NCBI GenBank assembly: GCA_002633005.1
Contig: NMRA01000108.1
Location: 663,006-727,005 of the forward strand
From: Phoronis australis
Lineage: Eukaryota; Animalia; Phoronida
DNA: 64,000 nucleotides
Direction: 5' to 3'
Part shown: one piece after another, positions 1 through 64,000 of the stretch
How the letters are laid out: every line of letters begins with the position of its first letter
Numbering within the stretch: position 1 is the stretch's first letter
Made by a program: the position numbers and the translations under genes
Notes under the pieces: model-generated
What the model saw: the letters and a program-made list of their open reading frames with translations, nothing else
What the model was told of the DNA's origin: nothing
Databases searched by the model: none

Positions 1-1380
1 GTTTATGTCGCGAAAAATGATTTTTAAAAGAAAGGCAAAAGGGCAAGCTGTCTCCCATGTTCAGGTGAAAATGATGCATTTGAACGTAAAAAGAAATGTC
101 TTGAAGTGTCTTGCGCACAACTTTTCAGTTCAACGGAGTATGTGAGATAATTACATTTCAGTTTATTTAGATTGCGGAAAAGCGAAGTTCCGCAATACTA
201 CGGATAAAATGAGGGTACATTCTACATCTGAAAGGTGATGGGTGGTCCTTGTACAAATGGTGCGCCATACGACTTAGTGACATTTTCAAATTGATCGTTT
301 TTGCTCCACACAAAACGTGCAATATGTACGAACTTTCATTGACGTATTGTGAACTCGTGGATTGTGATGGGTGACCTGCAAGATAAATATAGCAACATGC
401 AACACCTTTCGAGTTTATAAAAGGAGAAAGACAGCAGTTTTGTAAAAAGTGTAAAAGAACGTAAACGCCTCTACAATACACGAAAGGTGGAAGATGGTCT
501 TTTCACAAAGGGAAAGTTGCGAAGTGGTAGGAGTGACCTTTTACACACATTTTTAAAAATTAAGGAGGTAAAGTTTCGCGCAGCGCTACCTCCAAGCAGG
601 TACGCGATTCAGCTTTAGAAGTTTCAATCGAATTACATACATGTGTACACTGTACAGTTTATTGACAGTAAGCAACGGTAGTAGTACCCTTAAGGTACAG
701 GCCCGTATGACGGGGCATTAATCAAGGTCGCTGATAAATTCAATTTCATCGACCTCTGCCCCCGGCCTTCACCAGGGTTTCTCTTCTGGTTACCAGCTGT
801 GCCGGGGACACGTGCTCGTCCCCCTCGCCCCAGAGTTCCGCTTTTTATAGGGCACTGATGTGTTGTGATGTGTTTTAACGGCGTGTGATCTAGTCAGCCA
901 GCGTCGACTCTCGTTTTCTAGTACTTGGTGAATGAGTAAATGTGAGGCAGTCGTAACATGCGAAGACTAAAACAGATTTTCTTTGATCAAAACCATTATT
1001 TCCGATATTGCGTCAACCAAATTATCACACTTTGTCAAAGTCTATGAGCTGAATGATCAATGAGTTGTAAAGCAGAACGCATCATAATCAGTGCGTCCAC
1101 AGCACTTCGCGTGTTTTCATAATAAAAATCATTTTTAACCAGAGCGGTACTGTTAAATAGTCTTTATTTAAGCCTTAGGAGAATAGAATCATTAATTACG
1201 TTAGCTGTAATCAGTCGCTGGCAGGTTCCCTGTGCATGAATTATTCAGCGTCTGAAAATTTCTCAAAAAATCCCGGTGGGAGTAAATCCGCTATGAGAAC
1301 AGCCATGTGACTTCTGATGTATTAGCTCAGAGGAGGATTTGTGGAGCCGCGCGAAGGGTTGATGCACGTTCCTCTTGAGA

Positions 1381-63149
<61,769 letters not shown>

Positions 63150-64000
63150 GTGACATTGAGAATGACTATTTTCTTAACAAGCCAGCAGATGGTTTTTGCA
63201 ATAAAGGAATCAATTCACACATTCTGAAAGCCTGAATAGCACTCGATTTGACGACCTGTAGGTTCAGTTGCCAATGCGACCCCATTTTGTGTTTGGCGAC
63301 CTGGGAAAATTCCAAGTCGCCAAATTCCCTCTAAATTCATTTCAAAGTCCGTGTTGACTTTCGAACTTTAAATTACTAACGATTTTCGTAGATTTATTAC
63401 CTTTGATTCACATTTTTCCGTTTATTTTGCGAAATCAGCGCATTTGTCACCACGCTTAAATTACAACAGGAAGTAAACGGAAAGAAGTCAGAATTGTTCG
63501 GCAAAAATCAGACAAGGCAGGTGAAATTCACACCAGTCCATGCCGTCGTCTGCATTCTGTGTTCGTTCGTCGGTGAGAGGAATTGAGTTGGGAAATTAAT
63601 GTGTGCTTACATTTAGGCATTTAGTGGGAAAATTCGAGGAGTGCAAGAGAATGGGTGGCGTTACAGCTGTTTGACTTTTTTAGTCAAGGAACTTTTACGC
63701 TAGATCGGAAATGTCAGAATTCATTTTGACACCTCAGATTCCTTTTGCCAGAACACCAAATGCGAGCTGTCATTCAGCTTAAAAAGTTTTGCGCTCGCGT
63801 GTGTGTGCGCGTGTGTCTGTGCATGCATATGAGTGGGGGTGAAAAATTTATAACCATTTTTGACCTGTCTTTGCTACATGTGCATGTAGACTGTAGAAGT
63901 ATTCTTTAATTTGAAAATGTAACACTTGAAAACTGAACTGAAGCAAACAATCAGGAACTTCTTGACCATACAAAAGGAAGACGTCAAAAACTGAAAGACA

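Noticed and set aside
700-1380. Otoferlin promoter or 5' UTR elements
   Set aside because: A promoter probably lies upstream of the ATG, but no start site or core element can be fixed from sequence alone.

Overview
Eukaryotic (animal, probably invertebrate) genomic DNA, AT-rich, with one N gap (28359-28777) and two single-N joins (4096, 39859). The whole window is the 5' part of a + strand otoferlin (OTOF-like, type II ferlin) gene. I assembled 19 coding exon positions by hand, from the ATG at 1381 to 63149. All have GT-AG borders and consistent phases, and they cover C2A, C2B, FerI, C2C, FerA and the start of FerB; the gene runs off the right edge. Intron 1 is about 35 kb and holds transposon relics: a decayed Academ element, a THAP-domain relic inside nested inverted repeats, and Harbinger-like and hAT-like MITEs. 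Exons 2-5 appear twice across a single-N join, most likely as two haplotypes. Most notable observations: (1) a pair of homologous, frame-incompatible, mutually exclusive exons (11a/11b) that swap part of the C2B domain, with ACTAAC and TGCATG motifs nearby; (2) a 5'-truncated LINE whose 11-bp target-site duplication supplies an ATG, leaving an intact stand-alone antisense RNase H ORF; (3) a variable-number minisatellite built from splice-site-like sequence whose last unit is the real exon-4 acceptor. Family assignments rest on motif recognition only; no searches were run.
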